The notes beneath the pieces are model-generated. The model saw only the letters and a program-made list of their open reading frames with translations. It made no database searches and was not told where the DNA came from. A stretch of 64,000 bases of DNA from positions 124,001-188,000 of the forward strand of contig JAVECO010000002.1 in assembly GCA_051942205.1 (NCBI GenBank), read 5' to 3'. The translations under genes were made by a program, and so were the position numbers. Below, piece by piece: positions 49,675-63,250 of the stretch. The DNA comes from Coniocarpon cinnabarinum. Its lineage: Eukaryota. Positions within the stretch are counted from its first letter, which is position 1; every line of letters begins with the position of its first letter.

Positions 49675-51307
49675 ATGTATAAAGACGCTGTTGATCACAT
49701 TCTTCACAAAGTCGTTTGCCTCTCTGATGAAGATGATTCCAATGGCAGTGAACACAGGCGAAGATACAAGTGGATCGACTTGCCCACAGAAGACGTGGAA
49801 CTGTACAGGAAGAAGGGCCTTCATCCCATACAGCTTGGTACTACACTTGACCGAGGCCGTTGCACCGTGATTCGCAAACTTGGCTATGGCTCCTTTGCTA
49901 CTGTCTGGCTCGCTCGCGACGAGAGGTAGGCCTGCATCCAGTCTCGGGCTGCCCCTTACAGCCTTGAGGCTGTTGCTAACACCAACCACTTAGCGTGGGG
50001 AGAGGCGATTTAGTGGCAATCAAGGTGCTTACATCTAACCACAAAAAGAAGATCGATGCGCGGCACGAGATCAAGATCTATGAGCATTATGATCGATCGG
50101 GTTTTGCGAGCAGACATAAGCATGCTCATGTAGTCCGCTTAATCCGCCATTTTGAAGAACACGGTGTAAATTCCAGCATCAATCGTGCTCATCAGTGCCT
50201 TGTCTTTGAGACGATGGGCCCCTCGTGTGGTTCGATCTTGCGAGATCCAAAACGTTTCGTCCACAACATACCTGGACCAGCATCAAATCATTGTCCTCTT
50301 TGGCTGGCAAGATGCATGATAAGAGATCTGATCGATGGTGTCGGAGATCTTCACGCCGCCGGTATCATTCATGGCGATATTCATGCAGGCAATTTACTCA
50401 CGACAATCAAAGCACTATCTTCCGTCGACGCTGAAAACCTAATCGAAGATTCCGTTCGCTGCAGTAGCGAGGCGGCCCGGGTCGAGCAGACGGATGGCGG
50501 TGCCGTTAAAAGAGCGCCTGAGTATGTGATTGCCTCACAGCCTTTGACCAAGCTAGCGAATCTCGACGAGAGCAACGCAGCTTTCAAAATTTCGGACGTT
50601 GGGAGCGGTAAGTTGGAATCGCCTGTTGTGACCTCCTCAGCACCTGACTGAATACTTTGTAAGCTTTCCTAGCCGTTGACTCGACGGCGAATAAGAAGAC
50701 GAAGACGCCCGCTTGCATGCGCGCGCCAGAGATTGTACTGCGGCTGGGCTTGAGCCAGAAGGTGGATATCTGGAGCATCGGTTGCTTGATGTACGAGATT
50801 CTGACAGGGTGAGGCAAGAGCATTCACAGCACATGAAGACACTTTCTAACTCCTTTTCTTCTCCACAGAAAAATTCTCTTTTCTGTGGACGGGCATGCAG
50901 AAGTGTCATCTTCTGCATCTTCCTACTCTGAGTCCGATAATAATGTCCTGGCCGACGACACCATGACGTTCCACGTCGACAGACTTGGTACGCTCCCAGA
51001 CTCCATTGCCGCGCATTGGCCTCGAAAGAGTCGCTATTACGATCACCAGTGGACTAAAATTCGGTCTGATGTGGAGGATTCTGACGACGAAGATTCTGAA
51101 GGGGTCGAGAAAGTGGAAGAGGAAGTATTCAAGTTTCCGAAGCTGGAGGATGACTTTCGCCAACACGCAAATCGTGAAATTGGTGATGCAGAAACGACGG
51201 AAATTTTGAAGGTGTTGAGGGCTTGTCTTCAATATGAGCCTCACAAGCGACCTACAGCAGAGCAGTTGAAGCATATGAAATGGATCAAAACGCTCCAGCG
51301 ACGCTAG
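49675..51307 (+). CDS. SRPK/Sky1-like Ser/Thr protein kinase; 4 exons (introns 49926-49993, 50608-50663, 50809-50868)
   Basis: GLHPIQLG, RKLGYGSFATVWLARD, VAIKV, HGDIHAGN, KISDVG, MRAPE, VDIWSIGCLMYE, KRPTAEQL. Confidence 0.9.
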
Positions 51308-53255
51308 ATCATTCCTGAGCATCAACGGAAGCTTAGAGTAGCCTAGCCTGCAGATTATCTATATAATACCCAGATCGAAATGCATTCTGATGAAGAAGGA
51401 TCGCAAGGTCGTTTTTTCACGAGAGCAAGGAATTGGGGAATTTTCCGATGGGCAACAAGTGCTTCTAGCCCAGCATATGCTTCAACTTGCGTCTGGTACC
51501 TTTGCGAACCGGAGACGAGCGTAATTCGGGCGACAAAGCGAAAAGACAGCTCATTCATGCTGAAACCTGAGAAGATCTCAGGCTGGCATCTTGCGAAGGA
51601 CAGCTGTACTGTTTCATCATATCTCAGACCTGTAACCCACCCAGCTTATCTCAGCGTCGACGCTTGCAATCTTTCATGAGGCGGCTCGTCATGATGATCT
51701 TATGTCAGTGGTACGTGTCGCAATCAAGTATGGTCTGACATTCGCCCGTATCGGGCTTGTGAACAAGTATTCATCCAGCGACGAAGAGACGTTTTAGGGC
51801 ACTTATCAGACTTCCCGACCCACAAACGTCATCGAACATCGTGATATCCGACAATACTTAAGCGCTGCGTCTTGCATCAAGTATCATTCAAAATCCTTTC
51901 CACGACTTTACATTAAACTCACATATTCGCTTTCCACACGATCCCAATTCATCACTCCAGAAAATTCCCCATCTTTTTGCTAACTGGCATTTGCCTGACC
52001 TGAGCTCTCTCAACCCTAAGAATCTATTCTCTGATCCTCTCAAAGATGTCCCCAAGAAGCTGCCGTGTGGCGCACCGAACCCGAGCAAAACGGGAAAGCC
52101 GGTAGATTGCAAACAAGGGTACGCTGGCTTTAACTCAAGTCTTGACTGCTTGCGACGCTGACTTAATGCAGAGTTGGCGGCTGTACGGGAAAACACCATT
52201 GATCAACCTCGTGGTGAAGAACCGTCTGCATGCCCCATGCACATCCATAGCTGTCCCACTCTGCTGGAGAGGAGGCGGATTACCATCAGAGATGAGTAGT
52301 GGCTACCTGGATAGGTAAAGTAGCTGCTGGGCAGTGAAATGCCAAATTTCAGCCAGCGGGCAAAGGTCTTCGTCATGCCGTAAGATCAAGGTGATCGCCA
52401 GTCTACTTTTCAAGCTTGTCAATGGAAGAGCTCTACCGAGCTGTTGCTATCTTTTTCACAAATCTTGCCTGAGGTGAGTTCGACGTATTCAACGTAAGGT
52501 ATAGGTATATGCCTTGGCTCCCTACGCCAGAGGCACATCATGACAGTGAGCCTCAGCGCTTGCCCTTTCTGGACTTCAGGCTTTCTTTCCACACTTCGAA
52601 CATTTGCTGTCGTGCTTGCGAATACTGTCTCCTAGCAACAAGCATACCCAGTGCTTTTTAAAATGTCCAGGCTGCAACCATGTCTGACTCTTCTTTGCCA
52701 ACCTCTCGCAACTCGTTGTATACATTCAAAGAAGCAAACCTACACTCTCTAGAAGCGCAATCTTTCCTAAAGAAGAATCTGCGTCACAACATAATATCCA
52801 CATCGCGCAAACATTGCTAGATGGTAACCTTTCATCGAATTCCAGGAATTGCAAGAGAGCTCTAATATTTAACACGTTTAGATTTCGAACACATTCTGAA
52901 CGTCGCGACCTCGCTGCATTCGGAGGCGGTGGCGCACGGAAACATTTCTAAGATTGTTCTTCTTCCGAATTGATACAATGAGGTAGTTTGAGTAGAAGTA
53001 CACCTAGCCATCATGCACGTGAATAAAGTTTTGTTTTTGCTACTGTATATGCGCCACGATTTTCAATACCATACCCTGGTCAGAGCAAGTGCACGGTCCG
53101 ACCGCGAGAGCACGTGATCTGATTAATTTCCCTGAGCAAGATGCAATGGCGACTTCGTATTCCCATTACTCTTTCACTTCCCTTTGAATCTCGCATCGTT
53201 CCCCGTGTCATATTCTTCACGTATCTGAATTGTTGTTGACGATCGTTCAGGCACA

Positions 53256-54242
53256 ATGGCTTCCGCAACGAGCACGCCGAAGACGATGTCTTCACGACTT
53301 CTTAACATGAAGTTCATGCAGCGTGCACAGGCGAGAGACTCGCCGGACGCGCCACGATCAGATGAGCGCCCAAGCAAACGTCGCAAAACGGATGATCCTG
53401 CAACGCCTTCTGGTGTAGAAAGCGACAAGTCCTTCTTACCGACTCCTACATCTATTGATCTGGCAAGAGACAAGCTCCTTGCCGACCAGGCAGAAGAGGC
53501 AGGCGACACAAAATGGACCTTGGAAGAGAGCTACCCAAGCATGCCTCAACTGTCCCAACGTCCGCAGCAGGTAATATCAGCTGGCTACGGAATGATAGAC
53601 AGCGGACTACAGACGAGCAGCGACAGCGAGGCAGAGAAAGACACATCTTCATCAGTAAATAACGGAAGGAGGAGGTACGGTCCGGCGATGCCAGAGCCTC
53701 AGGTACGTCAATATTTCGCTTTGCTTTGACAATGTGACGAGCATTGGCATTAGCCGACTGACACATTCACAATTGGCGACCGGCTTGGAGCCTTTGCAAA
53801 ATCGCTGATGTTCTAATTGGCAACTCAGGAGCAAATGAAAAAGGAGGAGACTACATCGTGCAGCTCAGGCATCAGCAGCTCTGTATCAGACTCTGAGCTG
53901 TCGGCGTCTAATGATCACATCCCCTCCCACAAAGGTAAGGCTGGGATCACACAGGGTGGACACCTGCAGAGCCACAATGAGTGGGGCAATAACACCAACA
54001 ATACTGGGAAATATGCAAAAGAGAACAAGTATAGACAGAGCCGCATGGCTGCAAAGCGAACGCCGCAAGAAGCAGATGAAGCGCACTTGGACAGATTGAC
54101 GAGCATATCAGGTGGCAGCGCCGGGGCCAGCCGCGGCGGCAAGAAGCGCAGCCGGTTGCCGTTAACGACCAATAGCAAGAGCGACAGCAAGACGCGCGAG
54201 GCGCAATTCAAGAGCCTGGCGTTTGGAGGGCGAAGCTGGTGA
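53256..54242 (+). CDS. MPP6-like (nuclear exosome cofactor) low-complexity protein; 2 exons (intron 53703-53828)
   Basis: N-terminal MSSRLLNMKFMQRA motif and GRRRYG; phase-0 GTACGT...CTAAT...CAG intron. Confidence 0.6.
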
Positions 54243-54754
54243 GATATGCGCGCACGAGGCAGCGTAGGCAGATGGAGATCTGATACATGCTGCACCTCTT
54301 ACTCGCACTTGCAGGTGATCCATGCGCGCTGCTGCTAACACTGCATAAGCTTCCTCAGCTGGACCTCTCCAGCGTTCTGTGTCTTCGGTACTCTGCCGAT
54401 ACACCGCTTTGTGTACTTGTTGCGTTAGATAGCCGGAATCATAGTTATCTGCACTCTCTTGTTTTTAATCATCAGTGCCGACGTCGTGCCTACCTCATCT
54501 TAAGGCGCGGATCTTACATCAGGCCGCTGTCCATCTCGGTACTCAATCTAATGTCCGGGCCCTCTCCATTTCGATCTACACGACCAGGCCGCCATGTGGT
54601 GCATCACCACTATCTATTCCTTCATTAGCCAGCCCAACAGCGCACACGGCGCCTCGTTTCCCGTTTTGAGTTGTGTCGCCAGTCCGCCGCGGGTCGTGCG
54701 ATAGCACTAGACCGCGCCGTTTGCCACGCTTACGCCGGTCAGCATTCTTCGCAG

Positions 54755-57700
54755 ATGGTTTTGAAGCCTGTACAGCACTTTGCACGTTTGGAAGGCGTCC
54801 AGAAACCTGTTTGGAATACATCGAGGAATTTTGCATCCGTCATCGCTCGTCGCCTGGCGCCTGTACGTCTTCGAGCCGTTCCCAGTTTTTCAGCCCTCAA
54901 GACAGGTGTTGTCACAGACCCTTCCCTTTTCGCCCTTGCAAGGCCTGTCAACACCACAACTCGCTTGATCGCAAGTCCTCGAAAAAGTTCGCTAGCACAT
55001 TTCTCTACATCCGCTTGCCGTGTAGCAATGACAGATCAACCAGCCAACCAACGAGACCAGCATGTTGAGTCTGAGATACTCGCAGACTACCTAGAAAAGC
55101 CGCTGCAGGATAACCGCACGTACAAAGTAATAAAACTTCAGAACGAGCTGGAGGCACTCATAATACATGACCCAGACACAGACAAGGCCAGCGCTGCGCT
55201 GGACAATGCAGCCGGTAGTTTCAGCGACGATGCTGACCTCCCAGGCATGGCGCATGCCGTTGAACATTTGCTCTTCATGGGGACGAAGAAGGTATTCAAA
55301 ACCAAGACTGCGAACACTTGTCTCCGACAGCGCTGACAATATCTTCAGTATCCAAAAGAGAACGAATACAGCCAGTATCTAGCCGAACGATCAGGATACT
55401 CAAACGCGTTTACTGCATCTACTAGTACTAATTATTTTTTCGAGCTTGCTGCAACCTCAGAATCAGAAGAGGACACAACTCAAGTCAACGGAGTTCAGCG
55501 CGACGACCGCGAGACATCACCGCTGTACGGTGCGCTGGACCGGTTTGCACAGTTTTTCATCGAGCCACTATTTCTAGAAGAGACGTTAGACAGAGAGCTG
55601 AGAGCAGTGGACTCAGAAAACAAGAAGAACCTTCAGAGCGACACATGGCGCTTAATACAATTGTCCAAGTTTCTGTCGAACCCTGAGCATCCTTTTTCGC
55701 ACTTCTCAACTGGAAACTTACAATGCTTACGCGATGATCCCATTGCGAGGGGAGTCAACATTCGAGAGGAATTTATGAAGTTTCACAACCAGCAGTATTC
55801 CGCAAATCGCATGAAACTCGTGGTGTTGGGCCGCGAATCTCTTGATACACTGCAGCTATGGGTCGAAGAGCTGTTTAAAGATGTTGTAAATAAGAAGCTA
55901 CCACCCAATCGATGGGATGGGCTTCCATGGGCCACTCCACAGCAATTGCAGAAGCTTGTCTTCGCGAAGCCCGTCATGGACAAAAAGTCGCTGAAGATCA
56001 CTTTCCCCTTTGTCGATGAGGAAAAGTTGTTGGACAAGCAGCCAGGCCGATATCTGTCTCACCTGATCGGGCATGAAGGTCCAGGATCCATTCTTGCATA
56101 CACAAAGGCCAAGGGATGGGTAAATAGCCTTTCCGCCGGTTCACTGAACGTTTGTGCTGGGTCTCCCGGTGTGTTCACTATTTCGATTAGTCTCACTGAT
56201 GAAGGCATGGCGCATTACAAGGAAATCACCGAGATTTGCTTCCAATATATATCCATATTGCATGAGACTCCGCCACAAGAGTGGATCTTCAACGAGATCA
56301 AAGATATGGCTGAAGTGGATTTTAGATTCAAGCAAAAAGGATCTGCTTCACGAGCAACGAGTGGCCTAGCACAAACTATGCAAGAGCACATCGACCGCAA
56401 TCGGCTCCTCAACGGCGAATCAGTCCCTCGCAGATTCGACGGCAAGGTCATTGGGGAATCGACCGGGTGGTTGAAGGCTGACAATGTGCATCTGACCGTA
56501 ATAACACAAGATGACCCACCCGGTGAGATACGACGAGAAAAGTGGTATGGCACAGAGTTTTCAGAGCAAGACATTCCTAGAGACCTCCTCGATTCCCTGC
56601 GGCAAGCAGAGAAGATGCCGGCTGGCCAGCGAATCCCGCAACTGCACTTACCCAAGAAGAATGAGTTCATTCCTGAACGCTTGAGCGTCCACAAGAAGGA
56701 TGTCAAGGAGCCTGCAAAGGCGCCGAGACTCATTCGACATGAGCCTAACGTTCGTCTCTGGTACAAGAAGGATGACCAGTTTTGGGTACCAAAGGCCAAT
56801 GTCCAGATCGCGCTACGGAACCCGCTGTGTGGCGCCAATCAGCAATCCTTCGTGCTCACCGCTGTTATCGAGGCATTAATTGAGGATGCGCTTGCAGAAT
56901 ATGCATATGATGCCGACCTCGCAGGCCTTGCGTACAGCTTCCAAGGCGGCTACACCGGTCTCAACGTTGCTGTCTCAGGATACAACGACAAGATGAGCGT
57001 CCTTCTGGAGAAGGTCTTGGCGACCTTACGGGACCTTGAAATCAAGCAGGATCGTTTCAACATCGTCAAGGAGCGCATGACACGAAGCTTTAAGAATGTT
57101 CAGTATGCGCCGCCCTATCAGCAAGTCGCTCAGTACACTCGCTTCCTTGGCACCGAGCGCGCCTTTGTCTACGACCAATTATTACCGGAGCTCGAAAGGG
57201 CAACGGTGGAGAACGTTCGTTCTTTCCACGCCCTCCTCGTATCTCAGTTCCACATTGAGATGCTAGTCCAAGGAAATGTCGACCGAGAAGAGGCCCTGAT
57301 CATGGCCGACACAGTGTCTAAAGTACTGGACCCACGGCCGCTTCTCACCCCTCAGTGGCCCATTCGCCGCTCTGTCGAATTGCCCAAAAACTCCCATTAC
57401 GTCTACCAGCGCCAACTCAAAGACGAACAGAACGTCAATCACTGCATCGAATACATGCTCCAAGTTGGCCACGCCGCTGACCGCGAATCCCGCGCTCGTC
57501 TCCTCGTCTTTACGCAAATGACAGAAGAGCCCGCGTTCGACCAGCTCCGTACGAAAGAGCAACTCGGCTACATTGTATTCTCAGGCCTCGGCAGCAACGT
57601 CTGCACAGATGTTTTCCACGTCCTGATCCAGTCCGAGCGCGACTGTGAATACCTCGAACAGCGCATTGATTCTTTCCTGGCGGGCTTCAAAGACGAGCTG

Positions 57701-58426
57701 CACAATATGACGGACAAGAAGTTCGAAGAGCACAAACGCAGCGTCATTAACAAGCGGCTTGAGAAGCTGAAGAATCTCAATCAGGAATGCACGCGTTTCT
57801 GGACGCACATCACGAGTGAATTTCTGCATTTTGACGCTGTGGACGACGATGTGGCGCATATCCGGAAGCTCAAGAAGCAGGATCTGATTGAGTTCTACGA
57901 CACGTGCATTGACCCGCGTAGCCAGAGCCGGAGTAAGCTCTCGCTCCATCTCCTCGCTAAGTCGACGCCTGAAGATCTCGCCAAAGAGATCGATCCCTCC
58001 ACGCAGAAAGCACAGCTGCTGGAACTAGCGACGCGGTTCTTCACTGAGTCTGGCATTGAAGTCAATGAAGTCGAGCTCAAGTCTGCCCTTGAAAGAGTGA
58101 ATCTGCAGTCTGCGACTGTCGCTGATGATATTGCACTCGCGATGGCGAAGTACGTGCAGCTGAGCATGGGCGGTCAAGGGGAAGAGCAGCTTGGCGTTCT
58201 CAAAGAGCAGGTCAAGCCCGCGCTCGCGCAGGTGTTACCCACTTTAGGGATTGTGGTGCAGAAGGCGGTGGAAGAGGATGCGGACGCCAAAGAGGTCGTC
58301 AAGGGGCAGAAGAAGGCGGAGGTCATCAAGGACGTGCATGAGTGGAAGGCGCGCATGGGATTGAGCAGCGGTGCCGCGCCTGTGCGCGACCTGAGCGAGT
58401 TTGAGGACTTTGGAGCGAGGCTGTAG
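54755..58426 (+). CDS. STE23: Insulysin-family M16A metallopeptidase (Ste23/IDE); 2 exons (intron 55292-55348); alternative start at 55028
   Basis: Inverted zinc motif GMAHAVEHLLFMGTKKYP, HLIGHEGPGS, WYKKDDQFWVPK, FDQLRTKEQLGYIV. Confidence 0.95.
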
Positions 58427-58576
58427 GCACCTAATGCTTGAAGTGATCAAATGTCAGCAGCATCAAAGACTTAATCTTTGTCCTGGTCCTGTATCGAAGG
58501 CGTTGCATCGCCGCCCATCGCAATTGTATCGCCGCATATCGCACTTGTATAGTGACATTTCGGTCTCATGGCCTAT

Positions 58577-60728
58577 CTAAGCACCTCTCTCCCCCTTTTT
58601 GCCCGTGGGAATCTGAAATAACACAACCGCCTCACCAAGGCGCATCTCGCGATCCACTCGAAAATACCCCCGACGATCAAACTGCATCACCGCGTCCTGA
58701 GGTAAGCCCGCAACGTTACAATCACCCCAACACTTCGTCCGAAACTCCGTCTGAGGCGTCATGAAATCCTCGACTTTATCCTCTTCCTCCAATTTCTCTT
58801 TTGTAATCAGAAAATCAAACTCGACGAGTTCACAGGGCACGAGGTCCTGATCGCGACTCAGCCACGTGACTTTCTTCTTCGTCTTCTTGACGTCGCCTTG
58901 CAGATTCAGGTCCAATTCGATTGATGAGACGGTTTTGGAAAGACCGAGCATGGTGTGGCTGATTGAGCGGATGATCGCATTTCCCCAGTTCATGAGCGTG
59001 ATTTCTTCGCCCTCGCTCATTTCCTGTGCGTCACTCTGCTCGAGGAATATAGAAGACGAATACCAGATTTTCTTGGTGCCGAGGTCGTATTTCGCGTGCA
59101 GGGGCTTCTCTTCACTATACGGGTTTGCGCGCGCGCCTGTTATGGTGCAACTTACCGCGTTCTCCTGGGAGATGGCGGTATATCGCGCCGCGACGGGGTC
59201 TATGTATTTTTTGTTCGTCGCCCAGAAGGACGTCCAATCCAGATTTACGATATTCCGACTGGGTCCCTGTTTGAGGATGAACTCGCGGAGGCCGGCGACG
59301 GTGCAGCCGCGGCGGCGGATGCCGCGGATGGTGGGCATGCGTGGGTCGTCCCAGCCCCAGACGACGCCTTCGTCTACGAATTTCGTCAATTTCCGCTTGG
59401 ACAAAAGCGTGCGCACGAAGTTGAGGCGGTTGAAGTCCCAGTTGTGGACTTTGCGGAGTTGCAAGGCGGAGAGCATCCATTGATACTGCGCGTCGCGGTC
59501 TTTGTACTCGGTGGTTCGAAGGGCATGGGTCACGCCTTCGTGGACGTCGATCAGTGGGCAGGCAAAGTCGTAGGTTGGATAGACTTTCCATGTTGCGCCG
59601 GTGCGGTGGTGGGGTTGGGGACTACAGCGGTAGATGACGGGATCCCTCATCGCACCGTTGCGAGATGCATGATCGATTTTTGCGCGGATGAACCAGTGTT
59701 GACCTTCTTCGGAACCGCTTTTCATGTCTTCGAAGCGGGCTAGTGACTCGTCTGCGCTCAGATTGCGGCGCGCTGAAGGTTCCTTGGCGAGTCGTTGCTC
59801 CCGCATTAGGGTTTGGTCCGTGTCGTCGGCGTAGGCGTGACCCGACTTGATCATCTGAATGCACCAGTCGTGCAGTTCTTGGAAGTAGTCACTCGTGTGC
59901 GTCGTTCGGTCGGGCTTGATGCCCATTAGTTCTAGATCACGGACGATGCTGTCTTCGAACTCCTGTTTCTCTTTGAGGGGATTCGTGTCGTCGAAGCGGC
60001 AGAGTAATGTGCCTTTGTACTTGACGTGCGCAAAGTAGTCATTCAGAAGTGCTGCTTTTGCGTGGCCAATGTGTAGGTAGCCACTTGGCTCAGGAGGAAA
60101 TCGAGTCACGACACCGGCTTCAGTGTCTTGGAGGCCAATGTCGTAGTTAGTGTCATCGTGAACCACATTCGGATCTCGAGGTTTCGATGGCTCAAGCGGA
60201 GCGCTCTTAGAAGCTGACGCATCTTTTTTAGGATTGCTCGTTGCGCTTCGACCAGTGGCGTCGTTGACGGCTTCTGAGATCCAAGGATTGGATTGGTCGA
60301 TGAAATTGAACCACCTCGAGAGATTGATGCGAATGCCCTGTTTAATAGAGCCGAGGGCAACCCGATTGTTGCGAAGTGTACCCCAAACAACCAAGTCTGC
60401 AGTCGTGAGCCGATAATCGGCAATATAGCTGCGAAGCGTGAGATGTGCGTCGAGCTCGGCGATGGCTGGTTCGATGTCCTTCAAGGACGGAGCAGTCATC
60501 TTCTCGGCACGGTTGCGCCATTCGGTCTGGCAAGGTCAGCAGTCCTTTCAATTCTCGGCAGTCATGTGCAGAACTTGTTTCAAGCTCGTAAAGCCTAGCG
60601 TCTAGACTCATGGTTTCACCTGGGGTGTACGCACGATGACCTACCTCGACACTGGGCTCTTTGGGTGCCTTGGCATGAGGATCTTTGAGCAAGGCTTGGA
60701 CAATGACATTTTCATTTACTGATGCCAT
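58577..60728 (-). CDS. GUS1: Cytosolic glutamyl-tRNA synthetase; probable intron 60527-60644; true 5' end uncertain
   Basis: VVTRFPPEPSGYLHIGHAKA, RFDDTNP, YPTYDFACP, LLSKRKL, WDDPRMPT, QFDRRGYF; GST-like N-terminal region. Confidence 0.95.
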
Positions 60729-61627
60729 GCTAACAATGCAAGCTACACAGTATGTTGCTTCTCAAGAAATCTCACTGAGTTCCTTGCTGCCTTCGTCTGA
60801 AGGTTTGCTGTTTGCTCATACTTCAAGGATTTGAGGTACGAATGCGGACACTAGTCTGTATCAGGCTTAGCGCGTAGTCAATTAATCTTTCGGTCAGCAC
60901 AAATCGCGTCCCGCGTCTCCTTTGCCTTCACAAAGTCCTCACAGTGGATCACATGTACATCCCGTGTGCCTTCACGCGCGCGCAGCCGACGTCTCGAATG
61001 AGACACATGTTCCGTTGAAGTGTCGCACAAAGGCGAGGAAGAGCTGGATGCGAAACGTGAAAGCTAGGTTGCCTTCGATCTCGAAGGCTGGGACTTGTTA
61101 GGTATCCACATTCGAGCGTTCACTTTGCGCTCACACGATGCATATCACTTGCATCTGCTGCATGTGTCTTGCGATTGCGGAGTCATTTTACTCACACCAC
61201 GCCTTTCCGCAAAGGGGTTCAACTCTTATAGCCTCAGTTGACTATCCGAGTCTTGCAGTATTGTCTTCTACTTTACTTTCATGAGTCATACGTATCATCT
61301 TTTTGCATCGAGTTAACCTGGATATAAGCACTGTGCGATGCACAACGCGTGTATCACAGTGGTCAAGGTGCTGTAAGGTGAGAAGTGAAGGCAAGAAGCT
61401 GTCTGGTCTCTCATCTCTCACCTTACTCGCTGCTTCGACTGCTCTTCCCAATTTCTATATAACTCATACGACACTTTTACTTCTCAATCTTAATCTCGGT
61501 TCCCCTAACAACCATCAACTTCGCAGCATCCATTATTTCTGTCGCTGCATCTCATTGCAGCAACAACAACGACATCTACCACCTTCCAAGATCTTCATCG
61601 GCAACCGCTAAACTTCAAAATCCAGTC

Positions 61628-62815
61628 ATGGCATCTGGTACCACAGAGAAATCTGAGCCCACCGGCCCCAACTATGGAGACGATGCACCCGCCATCTTCC
61701 GGCTCCCTTGGCCCATCATGGAGGACATTCTGAAGGTCTCCATGGGTGGTCACATAATCGTACCCCGTCCCGACCTGCCCAAGGCCCCTCCCAAAGACGT
61801 TCGCGACGAACTCGCTCGCATGTTCGGCAAGATCCGCATTGGCTCAGCCAGTCAAGCCGCCGCGAGCGCCGAAGATCTCTACAAGAAACTCGAGAACGTT
61901 GTTTACGCCGCCGTCTACGGCGAGGCGTGGACGAATGAGCAAGAGCGAGTTAAGTCCCAGTTTCAGACGAACTCGCTGCTGGGCTGGAAACTCTCCTGCA
62001 AGCGTGCGCTCGAGGGCGCGAATGATATCAGCTACCGCGTCAACATCTTCGATCTTCGCCTTGTTGCTCGTTCCGCTGGCGTCTCCGTTGACAATCTTTT
62101 GACTCTTAGCGACATGAAACATCAGATCCCTTACCCGAACAATGTCAACAACGCCGCCGTCCCTCCAAGTGGCAACAATCCCACCGTCTCTCAGACGGCT
62201 CTTCCATATCCGGCTCCGGCTGCAAACAATAATGACCCTTCCAACCCGAGCGAGGACCCGGAGATGTACAAAGACCAGCCTCTGCTCCCCACCAAGTACC
62301 TCCCCTGCGTCCGCGCCATCCACCTCTCCACCCGCCCTCTCGACAAAAACGTCGCCATCCTCAAAGCAACACCCAAAGAGTGTCTCGGCGGCGTCAAACA
62401 CCTCATCATCTCCTGCGCCGACCGCGCCCGCAACCACGTCGCGAGCGCCAACGTCCGCCACCACATCCCGCACGGCGCCTCGTGGAAGAACATGTGGGGC
62501 GCGATTGGCAACGAGGGAAAATTCAAGTCCCTCGAGACCATCGAAGTCAATGTCTGTGGCTGGCGCGTCCCGCCTGGTTGGCGTCGTGAGGTCCTCGCGC
62601 CGATGATGGAGGCCGCGGCGCAGTTGAAGGGCCAGGTCAAGTCGTTTGACGTCTATGTGCCTTGGACTCACGAGATGGTTGACAGTCATAACGCTGCTGG
62701 GAACGAACTCGGGTTTAATCTCATGGTGGATGAGCCGTCGATTGAGAAGTTCAAGGAGCGTGCGGCTGTTGCGGATAATGACCATGCTCCGGACGCGGGT
62801 TGGACTGAGACTTGA
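61628..62815 (+). CDS. Hypothetical protein (395 aa) with F-box-like N-terminal motif
   Basis: Intact ORF with strong C-ending codon bias; IFRLPWPIMEDILKVSMGG; TATA-like TATATAA near 61456. Confidence 0.7.
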   Translation: MASGTTEKSEPTGPNYGDDAPAIFRLPWPIMEDILKVSMGGHIIVPRPDLPKAPPKDVRDELARMFGKIRIGSASQAAASAEDLYKKLENVVYAAVYGEAWTNEQERVKSQFQTNSLLGWKLSCKRALEGANDISYRVNIFDLRLVARSAGVSVDNLLTLSDMKHQIPYPNNVNNAAVPPSGNNPTVSQTALPYPAPAANNNDPSNPSEDPEMYKDQPLLPTKYLPCVRAIHLSTRPLDKNVAILKATPKECLGGVKHLIISCADRARNHVASANVRHHIPHGASWKNMWGAIGNEGKFKSLETIEVNVCGWRVPPGWRREVLAPMMEAAAQLKGQVKSFDVYVPWTHEMVDSHNAAGNELGFNLMVDEPSIEKFKERAAVADNDHAPDAGWTET

Positions 62816-63250
62816 ATTGGCGCGCATGGCTGGGCTATCTCCTGGAACCTGGCCTATGGCGTTGATGAGGAAGACTCGTGACGGAAGAAGAAACGTGCGC
62901 ATGGAGTGGTGAGACGATGTGATGCAGCTTCTGCATTGACTGGAGTTTTTCAACCTCGACTGTTTTCAGCAGTCGAGATTGGTGGCCTCGCATGGAGTAC
63001 GATGCCAGCTCGAGTATCTGCGATTGGCCTCGTACATTCTCATGGTGTGACTCCACAGCATTAGCGTCGGGCGTTTTCATAGCATGAATCATACCAGATG
63101 CTCATTTCGCATCCTCTCTCTCAAAGACATTCACAAATGCAATAATACCTGCTACTTGCTCAAACGAGGACGAACTCTTCCTCGTAAGGTTGGCGTACCA
63201 TTGTCGTCCCCTGACTATCATTCATTTTCAATGTTCATTTGTCAAAGCAT

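Noticed and set aside
61844..62953. 369-aa antisense ORF
   Set aside because: Shadow of the codon-biased sense gene 61628-62815; no recognisable motifs
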